Of a stretch of 64,000 bases of DNA, positions 1-10,489 are shown piece after piece. Origin of the DNA: Candidatus Sysuiplasma jiujiangense (lineage in GTDB: Archaea > Thermoplasmatota > Thermoplasmata > Sysuiplasmatales > Sysuiplasmataceae); NCBI GenBank assembly GCA_019721075.1, contig JAHEAD010000001.1, positions 62,001-126,000 of the forward strand, given 5' to 3'. Position 1 is the stretch's first letter; the number at the start of each line of letters is the position of its first letter. The notes under the pieces are model-generated. The model searched no databases. It was not told the origin of the DNA and saw only the letters and a program-made list of their open reading frames with translations. The position numbers and the translations under genes are program-made.

Positions 1-291
1 TGGAAGGAAGACTTTGTAGCTACCGGAATGGCAGCAAGAGGATGGGCAATGCTTTGCTATGGCCTTGATGATGGGCACCTTCACAATGTTGTTCTTGATG
101 CTCAGAATGCCGGCTTTCCGGCAACAGTCGTACCCGTGATCCTTATGGATGTTTACGAGCATGCTTATTTCATAGACTACGGTACAGCGAGAAAGCCGTA
201 TGTAGAGGCGTTCTTCAAGAACATAAACTGGAACAGGATTTCAAAAAGATTTGAAAAGTGTGTCAGAATGCACAAGGTATGGAGCGAGTGA
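1..291 (+). CDS. sod: Fe/Mn superoxide dismutase, C-terminal part (5' truncated by window edge)
   Basis: Frame open from base 1 (WKEDFVATGMAARGWA...); DVYEHAYFIDY metal-binding signature and FFKNINW C-terminal motif. Confidence 0.92.
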   Translation, partial: WKEDFVATGMAARGWAMLCYGLDDGHLHNVVLDAQNAGFPATVVPVILMDVYEHAYFIDYGTARKPYVEAFFKNINWNRISKRFEKCVRMHKVWSE

Positions 292-368
292 TTCACGCAA
301 CTGACAAGTGACTGTGCAGCCGGAAAACCTTTTACCTGTTTTCACTTGTCTTAGGCAGCGGAAACATC

Positions 369-725
369 TCATTTGATCCTCTCAAATATATCTGCCTCCT
401 GCTCCCTTGGCGGTTTTTCCTGCTCCTTCTTCCAGAATCTTCTGTAAACTAAGAAGTAGTTGAGCAAGATGGAAAGCAACGTAATACCGGAAATCAGGAA
501 GGGATTGAACTGTGAAATGCCCGTTGCATATGCTATAATGCCAATCAGAATGAGCGCTTCGAACAGCGCCAGTGTCCAGATGAAATAACGGAGGAAATCG
601 CGGTATACCCATTCGCGCCAGGTTTTTCCGGTGGCATCCAGCGCGTTCACTTTCTGTATTTCCTCGGGTTCCTCATACTGCCCGATTGTGCCATTTTTTC
701 CTGATCCTGCAGCAGGGCTGGTCAC
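369..725 (-). CDS. Small membrane protein (2 TM), unknown function
   Basis: Two hydrophobic helices, charged C-terminal tail; 43 bp downstream of the co-oriented GT-C-like gene. Confidence 0.65.
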   Translation of the reverse strand: MTSPAAGSGKNGTIGQYEEPEEIQKVNALDATGKTWREWVYRDFLRYFIWTLALFEALILIGIIAYATGISQFNPFLISGITLLSILLNYFLVYRRFWKKEQEKPPREQEADIFERIK

Positions 726-768
726 CCGTCTCTCCTCTCATTCAGATGATTGCAAAGAACGGGGCCCC

Positions 769-3324
769 TCACTGACTGCGCCTCCTGAATACCCTGAAAT
801 TCCGGATAAGAGCGATTGTGCCCTGATTATAGAGCGGTATGACGATCAGAGCGAGCAGCAGAAGAATCAGACCCGATCCTGAAACAATGTATCCGATTGT
901 GAGCACCTGGAAGGGTGAGAAATAGACTGAAACGGCGGACGGGCCTCCTCCGCTTATCTCATACATCAGGTCACCTATGGAGCGGTAGGACATGCTTGTA
1001 TTGCTGGCCGCATATGATACAAGGTCCGGAGCCGTTTGCCATCCTGAATTAGAGCCTGATGGCGGAACGAAAATCAGGTAGTTCTGATAGCCGAAGTCCA
1101 GCATTCCAGGCAAATAGATGCGATAGTCTGCATCGCTGATCTTTTTTGTGCTGAGGAGCACATATGAACCATTGCCGTATGACGCATTGGTGGCAGCAGT
1201 ATGGCCCGGGGCAATACCCCAGCCGTAATCGAGCATGTTAAGCCTTGCAGACAGGTTTATCAGTTGTTCATATCCTGTTACGATCTGAATGGTGTGGACA
1301 ACGTAAGCCCTTGATACGGGATGCATGTTCTCAAACAGCGCGGAGGATGAACTGTTTTCAACAAGCCTGAGATCCTTCTGCCCGTAGAGGAATGAGTAAT
1401 TCCAGTAATCTGCACTTTTGCTCAGAAAGACATATTTGACGTCCATGAGAGACAGTAAGTTCCCAAGATGTGTGATGCTGTTTCTCTCATTAAGAATTGA
1501 GGACATCAGCGACGAGAAGAGACCGCTTTCTCCCTGACCCGAGAGATAGGTGTCCTGACCACCGTAGATCAGATTCTGGCTGAAAAATTGATTGAAAGGA
1601 GATGCAAATTTGGTGCCGCTCCAGTTATAGTACATGTAGCCGTGCCATGGAAGGACCAGCACTGAGTAGTCGGAAGTGTTCTGATTCATCATATCTTCCG
1701 CCTTATACCATGATGCGGGATACTGGACAGACGTCAGCTGCCCGTCAAAGGAGCCGACCTCCATGTACGAATAAATGAAAGGTGAAATGAGTATCATGAC
1801 AATCACGAGGACGATGATCGCCCGTGCCGGGCCCCTGATTCCGCTCGCATTGAAGTGAAGATGCTTTCCTTCCAGTAATGACTGAAGCTGCAGAACGCTA
1901 AGGCCGCCAAGAAAAGAGTAGGCAAACACCAGCAGTGCGACAAATTTCTGAGGCTCCCTGAAGCCGTTGAAGAGGGGGACGTTATCATAGAGGAAAGTGT
2001 AAAGGCCGGAGGTAAGCGGTGAGGAGAGTCCTGTAGCGAGAACCACAGACAGTACTGCTGCAATTGAAAGCGATATGCAAACAGGCCCTTTTCTGCTGTC
2101 CTGGTAATAGGAAAGGAGACCATAAATAGAAAGGAGCAGGAAGAAAAGGAAAACCAGCAGGAGAGAGGGAAAGGCTGATATTGGATATGGATAACCTGTG
2201 CGGAAAAATCCATACATTGCGGCGACACTGAGCATTGTGTTGTTTAATACAGTTGGTGTGGACTCAAACGCTATTGCATCCAGGAAACTGAACGTCCCAA
2301 TTATCTTCTGCGTGGAGTATGCAGAATAGAGAAGCCAGTAGGCATTAAGGACGGCGAGGACAGATACCAGAAGAGCAATCGCCTTCACTTCAGCAAACAG
2401 ACGTGATGAGAACCGATTGCGACGTATGTAGAAGAGCTGTGTAACAAAGTAGAGGGCAGAGAGCGCCACGTCGAGCACAAAGGTGTGTATATCAAAGACA
2501 ACAACCACAGAAAATACAATCGAAGTCTTTGCAGCGTGCTTCCACATACCTTTGCTTTCCGCATTGTCGAGAAGTTCTATAAAATAAAGGAAGGCAAGAG
2601 GTGAAATTGAATAGGCGAAGAGCAGGCCCCATGCTCCAGCAAGCATCCTTGCGTAGACAAAAGGATTTACAACATAAAGTATTGAGGCAAAATAACTGGA
2701 CAATCCATTCAGTCCAAAATGCCGGCTGAAGCGAAACATCGTAAATCCTGAGAGGAAAAAAATCAGGAAGAGAAAAATCTTTTCAACAGCCCATCCCGGA
2801 ATGATGCCGTACAGCAGGTATTCGAACACGGCAAGGGCGTTTCCGCCGCCAAGAAATGGCGACAGGCCATAAACCCCGGACAGCGGGACGCGCGGGCCGA
2901 AGACCATGTCAGTTACAAGGATGTAGCCTTCATTCAGCAGCGGACCCAGGATCAGTAGAGACAGCAGTGAGAAGACTGCAGCTGGAATCGCATATTCGGA
3001 CAACAGTGTCCGGTGTTTTGCAGCTTGGTCCGAAAGCCAGACGTATAAAGATGAAAAGAAACGTCCGAGTCTTCCCGATCTGTGGCGTGGCCTGTCCAGA
3101 TAGCCGTCAATAATCATCAGGAAAACACCCGCAGTCAGGCAGTAAAAGAAGACAATAGCGATGTCGTTGGCCGAACTCGTGTTGCCTATTGACGATTCTA
3201 CCGCCGACGATACAAGCAGGACAAGAGAAAGTGCAACAAGATATCTAGGATCTATCCTGTACATTACATGGAGAACTACGAATGGAACAAGAATGGCGAG
3301 AGCAACGGCGTTGTATATTTCCAT
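769..3324 (-). CDS. Polytopic GT-C-fold membrane glycosyltransferase-like protein (AftD/DUF3367-like)
   Basis: 851 aa, many TM helices, YVVNPFVYARM and GFREPQKF motifs, large extracellular C-terminal domain with final TM. Confidence 0.65.
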   Translation of the reverse strand: MEIYNAVALAILVPFVVLHVMYRIDPRYLVALSLVLLVSSAVESSIGNTSSANDIAIVFFYCLTAGVFLMIIDGYLDRPRHRSGRLGRFFSSLYVWLSDQAAKHRTLLSEYAIPAAVFSLLSLLILGPLLNEGYILVTDMVFGPRVPLSGVYGLSPFLGGGNALAVFEYLLYGIIPGWAVEKIFLFLIFFLSGFTMFRFSRHFGLNGLSSYFASILYVVNPFVYARMLAGAWGLLFAYSISPLAFLYFIELLDNAESKGMWKHAAKTSIVFSVVVVFDIHTFVLDVALSALYFVTQLFYIRRNRFSSRLFAEVKAIALLVSVLAVLNAYWLLYSAYSTQKIIGTFSFLDAIAFESTPTVLNNTMLSVAAMYGFFRTGYPYPISAFPSLLLVFLFFLLLSIYGLLSYYQDSRKGPVCISLSIAAVLSVVLATGLSSPLTSGLYTFLYDNVPLFNGFREPQKFVALLVFAYSFLGGLSVLQLQSLLEGKHLHFNASGIRGPARAIIVLVIVMILISPFIYSYMEVGSFDGQLTSVQYPASWYKAEDMMNQNTSDYSVLVLPWHGYMYYNWSGTKFASPFNQFFSQNLIYGGQDTYLSGQGESGLFSSLMSSILNERNSITHLGNLLSLMDVKYVFLSKSADYWNYSFLYGQKDLRLVENSSSSALFENMHPVSRAYVVHTIQIVTGYEQLINLSARLNMLDYGWGIAPGHTAATNASYGNGSYVLLSTKKISDADYRIYLPGMLDFGYQNYLIFVPPSGSNSGWQTAPDLVSYAASNTSMSYRSIGDLMYEISGGGPSAVSVYFSPFQVLTIGYIVSGSGLILLLLALIVIPLYNQGTIALIRNFRVFRRRSQ

Positions 3325-3476
3325 TTAATCCATCTCATGCAGAAAACCCAGCAAATAGATAAATGAGTCCGTCAGTTCGGGCAAGCATCGCCGGTTACGC
3401 GATGTCACATTGTTTCTGCGGGCAGTATACCCAAACTTTATTGATTACCTAATTTATAGTCTGGCCGAATACTTTC

Positions 3477-4895
3477 ATGCGCATATTCAGAAAATCCGGA
3501 AAGTGGTCCGGCCGGCCGAAGTTTGCATCTGAAATTCTGGCACTGAGTGAAACCGCAGGGAATGGCGCTGATACAGAAAAACATACAGCGAAGGCGGACA
3601 GGCTTTTTGTTGACAGGGAAGGGAATGTGAGCATTTTCGAGACTTCGTTGATTGAAGACAATGTTATCGCGAAGGGTGATCTCTGGGTGGGAAAAAATGC
3701 AACCGTAAGCGGCAGGATACAGGTTGAGGGAGACCTCATCATGGAGGCGAATTCCAGGATCCTGGGTTCTGCATTTGTTAAGGGTTCCGCGCATTTCAAA
3801 GAGAACGCAGTGATAGCTGGGGAAGTAGACATCGTCGGTGCGGTGTACCGCGGAAACAATCCTCCGGAACACATGTTCAGAAACAGGCGAAGGGGGCTGC
3901 ACGCAATGCAGTTTAAGTCCAGCATGGAAACTGCAGGCGTGGAAAATGAAATTGACAGGCTTATTGACACCGAAAAGCTCCAGACGGGGACGCTTGTCAT
4001 TGTACAGGAAAGGAAGACAGACCTTTCCTACGGACTGATCAGGAAGTTTGCCGGAGCAGGAACTGCCTGCATGATAATAGGAAGGGAGCCGCCGGAGAGG
4101 GTACGATCCGTCAGGATGATTGATATCGAGGATGAACAGGTTTTATGGCTTACGACACTGGTAGGAAGAAGGTGCGTGAACCCGACACACCTCGGCTCGA
4201 TACAGAATACCATAGGTCATTTCATTGACTCAAGCATCAGGGGAATTATTCTGGTTGACGGCATAGAGTACCTGATTTCAAATAACGGCTTTGATGCAGT
4301 ATTGAAGTTCATAAACAAGATTGAAGACATGATAATAACGACCGGAACAACAGTTGTAGTTTCGATAGATCCCAGGACACTTGATGCGATGCATCTTGCG
4401 CTGTTTGAGAGGGGTGCGGAAACCATTTACAGGCAGGATACATCAGAGCAGGATGAAGAATCCGGTGGCGAAATTGAGGAGAGGCTGAAAGAGGAAACAG
4501 TGAGAAGACAGCAGCTTGAGGACAGGCTGGACGAATATCTTTCAAGGATCGAGAATGCGATTATGGCCGTTAAGGCAGGAACGCAGATAAGTTCGGAAGA
4601 CCATATCCTCAGCATAAATGAGCTCGAGGATGCCAAGGAAGTGATCAGGCAGGAGATCGGCAGACTGGAGGAGAAACTGAAACAGCGGGAAATTGAACTT
4701 GTCCGTGTGCTGGAGCAAAGGATAGAATCGCATGAGGTGAAGACTGATAAAGATACAAAGATGGAGGAAATGGAAAGGCAGCTCAGGGACAATTCAGAGC
4801 TTCTGCTGAAAGCAGTGCTTCTGGCGGAAAAACTTTCACTGAAAGGAAGAGGAGAAAGCACGGTCGGTCGCGAGAAGGAAATAGATTTGAAATGA
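3477..4895 (+). CDS. Beta-helix (bactofilin/polymer-forming-like) + DUF835 + coiled-coil protein
   Basis: Repeats VIAKGDLWVGKNATVSG / IQVEGDLIMEANSRILG / AFVKGSAHFKENAVIAG; DUF835 motifs REPPE, VLWLT, IILVDGIEYLI; E/K/R-rich C-terminal helix. Confidence 0.8.
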   Translation: MRIFRKSGKWSGRPKFASEILALSETAGNGADTEKHTAKADRLFVDREGNVSIFETSLIEDNVIAKGDLWVGKNATVSGRIQVEGDLIMEANSRILGSAFVKGSAHFKENAVIAGEVDIVGAVYRGNNPPEHMFRNRRRGLHAMQFKSSMETAGVENEIDRLIDTEKLQTGTLVIVQERKTDLSYGLIRKFAGAGTACMIIGREPPERVRSVRMIDIEDEQVLWLTTLVGRRCVNPTHLGSIQNTIGHFIDSSIRGIILVDGIEYLISNNGFDAVLKFINKIEDMIITTGTTVVVSIDPRTLDAMHLALFERGAETIYRQDTSEQDEESGGEIEERLKEETVRRQQLEDRLDEYLSRIENAIMAVKAGTQISSEDHILSINELEDAKEVIRQEIGRLEEKLKQREIELVRVLEQRIESHEVKTDKDTKMEEMERQLRDNSELLLKAVLLAEKLSLKGRGESTVGREKEIDLK

Positions 4896-4900
4896 GCGGC

Positions 4901-6823
4901 CTATCTTTTTCTGCCGATTCTCAGTTTCCGGTAGATATAAACAGATGAAACAACTCCGGTGAAAAACGGAATAAGGAAGGAAGGGAGAAAATACAGGAAC
5001 GGGATGTTCTGGGCGACAGTGAAGACAATGTAGGGACCGGTACTGTTCACTGTGACCAGATAGACACCCGGTGTTGCTGAAGGTATTGTGAAAGGAATGC
5101 TGAAACTGCCGCTGGAATTTACTGTTAATGAACTGTCAGTATTCAGATGGTTCCACTGAACGGATAAGCTTTCTCCCGGTTTGAAGCCTGTCCCGCTAAC
5201 GATTATTCTTTCACCGGCAAAACCGGTATAGGTGTTTGATGTGAGTGATGGAACGACCATAATGCCCACAGGGGCCGAATTGATGCCGTTCGCCTGTAAT
5301 GCCGAAATGAGCGTCAAACCGCCGGGAACCTGCGGCAGCCGCAGGTCTCCGTTCAGCGTACCGTTGCTGGATGTCATAATTGTGCCTATTATGCCATTGC
5401 CGTCCAGTTCGATATCAACCTGTGAATTCGGTATGAAAAACATCCCGTAAATTTGTAACTGAGAGGATACAGCAATCGATCTGTGGATGATGTCGATGAC
5501 CGGTATTATTACAAAGGAAACAGTGTTTGAAACGAGTGAATTATTCGACGCAAGCATAAGTTCGTAGTAGCCGGATAAAACGCCGGGAATGTAGAAGCTG
5601 ATTTCCACATGGCCTTTGCTGTTTGCTTCTCCCGTCTCATTCGGCAAAATTTTTCCGCCGATATAAAGACTGACGCTGCTGCCGGGAGAAAAACCATAAC
5701 CCTGCACTGGCAACATCTGCCCCGGGCTGCCGTTTTTGCTTTTTATTACCAGAGTGGGCACGTTTACAAAGAAAAATGCCGATGCATTGGGCGTGCCGGA
5801 TGAACTGGCAGTTACCTGATGGTAGCCATATGACATTACAGGCACGGCCAGTGCAACAACAAGGCTCCCGGTAATATTGGCAACCCCTGTATAGCTGACT
5901 GATGAGTCCTCCCATTCCACATTTACATTCTGGTTTGCAGCGAAGCCGGAAAGAAAACCGGTGATCACCTCTCCGACGCTGCCGTTATCCGCTCCGAGAA
6001 GGAGATGTGGAACAACAGATCCATGGCCTATCTCAGCTGGTTGCGCAATAAACCTGACGGAATAATTGCCGAACGGAAGAGCAGGAAGAATAAGTTTGAG
6101 GTATCCGGCACCATTCGTATCCGTCAGCAGGCTTGTGCCTGCATACGATCTGTTACCTATCACCACATTGCCCAGGCTTTCATTTTGAAAAAATCCACCG
6201 GCAAGGATGGTTACTCGTCCGCCGCTGTAGGAGCTGGCAGGATAGGCAAAAATTGACGGATTCACTCCCGGAACGGATACTATACCGGCATCACCCAGTT
6301 CATAAGTTGTTCCACTGCCATGGATTGAGAGGGAGAAGGGTCCTTCCGTTAGATTGCCCGACAAAGTGAAACTGAAATTGACTACCGTTCCGTTGGCGGA
6401 GATGTTATAGGGGATATTTGAACAGTTCAGAACATTGCCGCTGTGGTCCGTAACAGAGGTTGAATTGGAAGGAATCGGTGCTGAGGGGGTAAGACCGTAA
6501 ATCTCAGGTATGACCACTACGGAGTTCACTTTTCCCGGCGTAGACACGGGTGCATCGGAATTGATATAAACCATTTCCGGCTGGGCAGAAGATTGAGCTG
6601 ACGCGGCCGGGTATCCGGCTGCCGCCGTTTCAGGGGTAGCACCGTTTTGCCCGTGCATCTGAGAGGCCGGCACCGTCAGTTGATATGCCTGCCGGGGCTG
6701 CAGGTTTACTGCAGCTGACATCGTACTGCGCGGCATCATAGGCGCGACCGGCTGTGCAATCGAAATTGCAATGACGATTGCGGCGATGATTTTGAAAAGA
6801 GCAACCGACAATTTTCCATTCAC
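4901..6823 (-). CDS. Secreted Ig-like (IPT/TIG-type) repeat surface protein with C-terminal TM anchor
   Basis: Signal peptide; repeats of GxGF..G..V.....G...F.IP...G.Y; hydrophobic C-terminal helix followed by RKLRIGRKR; the true start may be the TTG 12 nt further in. Confidence 0.8.
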   Translation of the reverse strand: MNGKLSVALFKIIAAIVIAISIAQPVAPMMPRSTMSAAVNLQPRQAYQLTVPASQMHGQNGATPETAAAGYPAASAQSSAQPEMVYINSDAPVSTPGKVNSVVVIPEIYGLTPSAPIPSNSTSVTDHSGNVLNCSNIPYNISANGTVVNFSFTLSGNLTEGPFSLSIHGSGTTYELGDAGIVSVPGVNPSIFAYPASSYSGGRVTILAGGFFQNESLGNVVIGNRSYAGTSLLTDTNGAGYLKLILPALPFGNYSVRFIAQPAEIGHGSVVPHLLLGADNGSVGEVITGFLSGFAANQNVNVEWEDSSVSYTGVANITGSLVVALAVPVMSYGYHQVTASSSGTPNASAFFFVNVPTLVIKSKNGSPGQMLPVQGYGFSPGSSVSLYIGGKILPNETGEANSKGHVEISFYIPGVLSGYYELMLASNNSLVSNTVSFVIIPVIDIIHRSIAVSSQLQIYGMFFIPNSQVDIELDGNGIIGTIMTSSNGTLNGDLRLPQVPGGLTLISALQANGINSAPVGIMVVPSLTSNTYTGFAGERIIVSGTGFKPGESLSVQWNHLNTDSSLTVNSSGSFSIPFTIPSATPGVYLVTVNSTGPYIVFTVAQNIPFLYFLPSFLIPFFTGVVSSVYIYRKLRIGRKR

Positions 6824-6948
6824 CCTTCAAAAACGAACTGATTCTCCGATTCCGACGCGGATCATACTCTCTGCACTTATTTGTAACGGCAATCATATCC
6901 GCATCTGAAAATCAATAGTGATAATGACTGCTTTAAATATAAAACCAA

Positions 6949-7557
6949 TTGCCAGTGTCCCGATCGCCGGTAATAGTGCAGCCGAACAAGGATCCGTTGC
7001 TTGAATTTGAAAATCATAGAATCATTTCCGGGGAAGTATACCTGGTTGAAGAGCAGAAGCCTAAACTCTTTTTTGAATTCTGTTCTGAAGCCGGTCTCCA
7101 GGGAACAAAGATATTGCTCATAACACGCGTCTATCCTGAAAGGATCAGGGCAGATTACAGCATCGGAAATTCGGCCATAATCTGGCTCACCCATGTTATC
7201 GGCAGAGATTACATAGAACCTACCCAGACAAATCTGATCCTCAAGAGGATCACCGCCTTCATGAAGGAAAATGCGCCCTGCATAATAATGCTTGACGGAA
7301 TAGAATATCTCATCAATCAGAACAATTTTGATCTCGTGATAGGCTTCCTTAATCATATCAGGGACCTGGTAATCATCAATAATTCAGTCCTGATGATATC
7401 AGTGGACCCTCAGACACTCGATAAGAGGGAGCTGGCGCTCGTGGAGAGAGGGATGACCATTATCAAATCAGGTGAATCGGAAGGAAGGGCAGGTGCAGTG
7501 TTGACGCTTGAGTCGGGAAGCGTAAAGGTAATGCGCAGCCCTTCCTCGAAGGTATAA
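6949..7557 (+). CDS. Stand-alone DUF835 domain protein
   Basis: ITRVYPE, IIWLT, IIMLDGIEYLI, LALVER motifs. Confidence 0.85.
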   Translation: MPVSRSPVIVQPNKDPLLEFENHRIISGEVYLVEEQKPKLFFEFCSEAGLQGTKILLITRVYPERIRADYSIGNSAIIWLTHVIGRDYIEPTQTNLILKRITAFMKENAPCIIMLDGIEYLINQNNFDLVIGFLNHIRDLVIINNSVLMISVDPQTLDKRELALVERGMTIIKSGESEGRAGAVLTLESGSVKVMRSPSSKV

Positions 7558-7573
7558 GGCACAATCCTGGAGA

Positions 7574-8905
7574 TTATGTCGATTTTCGCCTGTACATTTC
7601 AAAAGTGGCTATTGCAACAATTGCTATGGCAGCAGAAAGAGGTATCACCGTAGCCGAAAACAGACCGATGATCCCGCTCTGAGCACCGGAATTGGCGGTG
7701 ATATTGAGGCTCGTGATCGTCCCCGGCGTATAGACAGCCACCATTGTGTAATGACCTATATCTGTAATGTTGAAAGTGGAACCGGAAAGGGACGATTTGA
7801 ATAACACCATCGCAAGAGATGCTTTGTCTTTAAGAGCAAATCCGTTAAGTGTGAGAGAAAGATGCTTCGAAGTCGCATTCAGCAGATTTCCGCTGAAGAG
7901 AAAGACTGCTGTCGTGCCGTTTGATCCTGTCAATCCGCCAGGAGAGGAAAGCCGTATGTCGTTATGCACAAGTTTGACAGGCAGGACAGATTGCCCGTTC
8001 AGGTTATAATCCATTTCATATCCGTACGATCCGGACACCAATGCAGCCGAAGCAAAATATGAAACCGTCCCCTTTGAGACACCCTCTGCCAGAAGATTCA
8101 TTGCCGAGTTAAGATTGGTTACACCAGCGGCAACCTGAAAGGAGGTCAGGTAGGATGACGGAGGCAGCGAAGTTTGTATCTGGTAGGGGCCGACGGAATC
8201 AAATAGGTTTGACTGATTTATTGTCAAATTGGAATCGGATGACATCAGGTAACCTGTGAAACCCAGGCTCCCGTTATCATAAGTCATTCCCATGAAACTG
8301 CTCTGAACATCGGGTGAAATAAATTTGCTGGCGGGCTGGATGTCCTGGTTCAGGGTAACGGAGCTGTACACCGTCTGCCCGAATGAATACAGTTGTATTA
8401 CTGCCTGAGGGTCATCATGTATGAGCAGAAGCATTGAGTCCGAATAAGCGTAGAAAACCGAGCCGCGCACCCCGCTTTTCAGCGTGTTCAAGGATGCCGA
8501 CTGAAATGTCATCTGGGAGAACAGGAGGGATGAAAAATTGGAAACAGGTTCCTGATCCACCTTGAAGTCAAGAATCTGGATACCGGAAACATTTTTGCCT
8601 GAAATGCTGCTGCTGTCGGGGCCAAAAACGAAACTGACAAAATTGCCGGAAACAAAAAATGGGGAAGATCCGGTATAATTAAAAGGAGAAAACAGCGGAC
8701 CGGAGACCGGACTGCCGGCATACGAGCTGTTGATAATCGATGTCGCGCTCAGGACCGACTGGCTGTTTTCCCCCGATGATGTCATCGCCGATGCTGAATG
8801 CCCGGTTCCACCGGCCGAAAGTATCAACGTGCTTCCCGCAAGCAGAATTGTGATGGCAAGAGTGATGTAAATTGTTCTCCTCTTTGAACCGGTTGAATCA
8901 GACAT
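7574..8905 (-). CDS. Secreted Ser-rich surface protein with C-terminal TM anchor
   Basis: Basic N-terminus plus hydrophobic signal; several NxS/T sequons; C-terminal TM followed by RRKST. Confidence 0.75.
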   Translation of the reverse strand: MSDSTGSKRRTIYITLAITILLAGSTLILSAGGTGHSASAMTSSGENSQSVLSATSIINSSYAGSPVSGPLFSPFNYTGSSPFFVSGNFVSFVFGPDSSSISGKNVSGIQILDFKVDQEPVSNFSSLLFSQMTFQSASLNTLKSGVRGSVFYAYSDSMLLLIHDDPQAVIQLYSFGQTVYSSVTLNQDIQPASKFISPDVQSSFMGMTYDNGSLGFTGYLMSSDSNLTINQSNLFDSVGPYQIQTSLPPSSYLTSFQVAAGVTNLNSAMNLLAEGVSKGTVSYFASAALVSGSYGYEMDYNLNGQSVLPVKLVHNDIRLSSPGGLTGSNGTTAVFLFSGNLLNATSKHLSLTLNGFALKDKASLAMVLFKSSLSGSTFNITDIGHYTMVAVYTPGTITSLNITANSGAQSGIIGLFSATVIPLSAAIAIVAIATFEMYRRKST

Positions 8906-8989
8906 GATTACCTTTGTCCGTTGCAGCCTTTTGATTCACTCTAGACACTATATAAGGATTTACAGATTTCTGCCCTCCCGGAGAAGTGA

Positions 8990-9021
8990 ATCCGCAGATG
9001 TCAATTGACAGCGATGCGGAT
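8990..9021. promoter_or_regulatory. Palindromic candidate operator
   Basis: Perfect 12-bp palindrome TGTCAATTGACA (8999-9010) nested in the inverted repeat ATCCGCA/TGCGGAT, in a divergent intergenic region upstream of an HTH regulator. Confidence 0.35.
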
Positions 9022-9169
9022 GACCATTGCCGGTTCGCTCCAAAATTGCCCCCGGATTTCGTCCAGGTTACCGGGTGAATTGTTACGAGAGCATCTCTGG
9101 GCAGATGCATCAAGTAATTAAGATTAAAGAAGCTTATTGAATGCAGAGTGTGCACCGTGAGGGGTTTTA

Positions 9170-9433
9170 ATGAATGATCTGGTACTGCTTTTAATATTCC
9201 TGGTTGTCGGCTTCTCGCTTCTCCTTTTCATCATATCACTTCTGAGTGCAACGAGAATGAAGAGCTGGAAGACAGTTTTCCTTTCCCTCGCATTTGCGTT
9301 CTTCTTCATCAAGGGCCTCTATGTCCTTTATCTCACGGTTTTCACAAATTTCTCGAATCAGGGATTACTCATTACAACAAGTGTGCTCGACCTTGCGATA
9401 CTCTTTTTCATTTACGCTTCCGTGCTGAAATAG
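9170..9433 (+). CDS. Small 3-TM membrane protein paired with the downstream wHTH regulator
   Basis: GAGGGG RBS; three hydrophobic helices; 12 bp upstream of the HTH gene. Confidence 0.75.
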   Translation: MNDLVLLLIFLVVGFSLLLFIISLLSATRMKSWKTVFLSLAFAFFFIKGLYVLYLTVFTNFSNQGLLITTSVLDLAILFFIYASVLK

Positions 9434-9445
9434 ACCGGTATCAGA

Positions 9446-9967
9446 ATGGATAAAGATCCCCTGTCTCTTGCCACGAGACGAAAAATATTCGAACTTATAA
9501 GCCAAAAACCGGGGAGTTATGCAAGGGAAATCGAAAGAGAACTTTCACTTCAATTTGGCGTGATACAGTATCACCTGAGTGTCCTGGAAGAGATGAAGAT
9601 TTTGACCTCCGTGGATGACGGCTTCAGGAAGAGATACTATGTCTCCGGGGAAGTGAGCAGATATGACAGGGAGATGCTTTCCGTTCTGAAACTGAAGACG
9701 CCAAGACGTATCGTGTTATTCCTTGTCCAGAATGGAGACAGCTCGTTCGAAGATATCCTTTCACAATTTGATTTTTCAAAGAGCGCACTTTCATTCCACC
9801 TGAAAAGGCTCCTTCGGAGCAGAATAGTAAGTGAGAATGTCTCCGGAAGCGGCACCACTTACGGGATAATCAACAGGGATGAGATTATAAGAGTGCTTAT
9901 AACATACAGATCGTCCTTTGTGGATAACCTTGTCGACAGCTTCATTGATTCCTGGCTCAGGCTCTGA
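9446..9967 (+). CDS. Double winged-HTH (ArsR-like) transcriptional regulator
   Basis: RRKIFELISQKPG...GVIQYHLSVLE and a second HTH SKSALSFHLKRL. Confidence 0.85.
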   Translation: MDKDPLSLATRRKIFELISQKPGSYAREIERELSLQFGVIQYHLSVLEEMKILTSVDDGFRKRYYVSGEVSRYDREMLSVLKLKTPRRIVLFLVQNGDSSFEDILSQFDFSKSALSFHLKRLLRSRIVSENVSGSGTTYGIINRDEIIRVLITYRSSFVDNLVDSFIDSWLRL

Positions 9968-10012
9968 TGACTCCGGCAATTCGAATGCAATAGTTAAAAT
10001 TCAAACGGCGTA

Positions 10013-10489
10013 TTGACTCTCAGGGTGCGGGAAATGGACGATACAGGACCTGACAAACTCGATCGTTCTATACTTCATTCGCTTCAACAGAATGCACGGA
10101 AGAGTTACAGGGATATAGCCAGGGAACTTGGTGTTTCGCTTAATACCGTTTCATCGAGGATCAGGAAAATGGAAGAGCAGGGCACAATAAGGGGGTATTC
10201 AGCACTTGTTGATCCTTCGAAGGCCGGCTATGACATGACAGCAATAATCGGAATACAGATTTCAAAGGGTAAACTGATGGAGGTTCAGAAGAAGATTTCA
10301 GCCGACAGGCATATTTCGGCGGTTTATGACGTAACAGGCGAATGGGACTCCATCATAATTGCGAGGTTTACGAGCAGATACGATCTGAATTCCTTCATAA
10401 AGAGAATACTCACAACAGAGTATATCGAGAGGACGCTGACACAGGTCGTCCTTAACACTGTGAAGGAAACTTATGAGCTGCCTGTTTGA
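10013..10489 (+). CDS. Lrp/AsnC family transcriptional regulator
   Basis: DKLDRSILHSLQQNARKSYRDIARELGVS HTH; VYDVTGEWD RAM domain. Confidence 0.93.
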   Translation: MTLRVREMDDTGPDKLDRSILHSLQQNARKSYRDIARELGVSLNTVSSRIRKMEEQGTIRGYSALVDPSKAGYDMTAIIGIQISKGKLMEVQKKISADRHISAVYDVTGEWDSIIIARFTSRYDLNSFIKRILTTEYIERTLTQVVLNTVKETYELPV

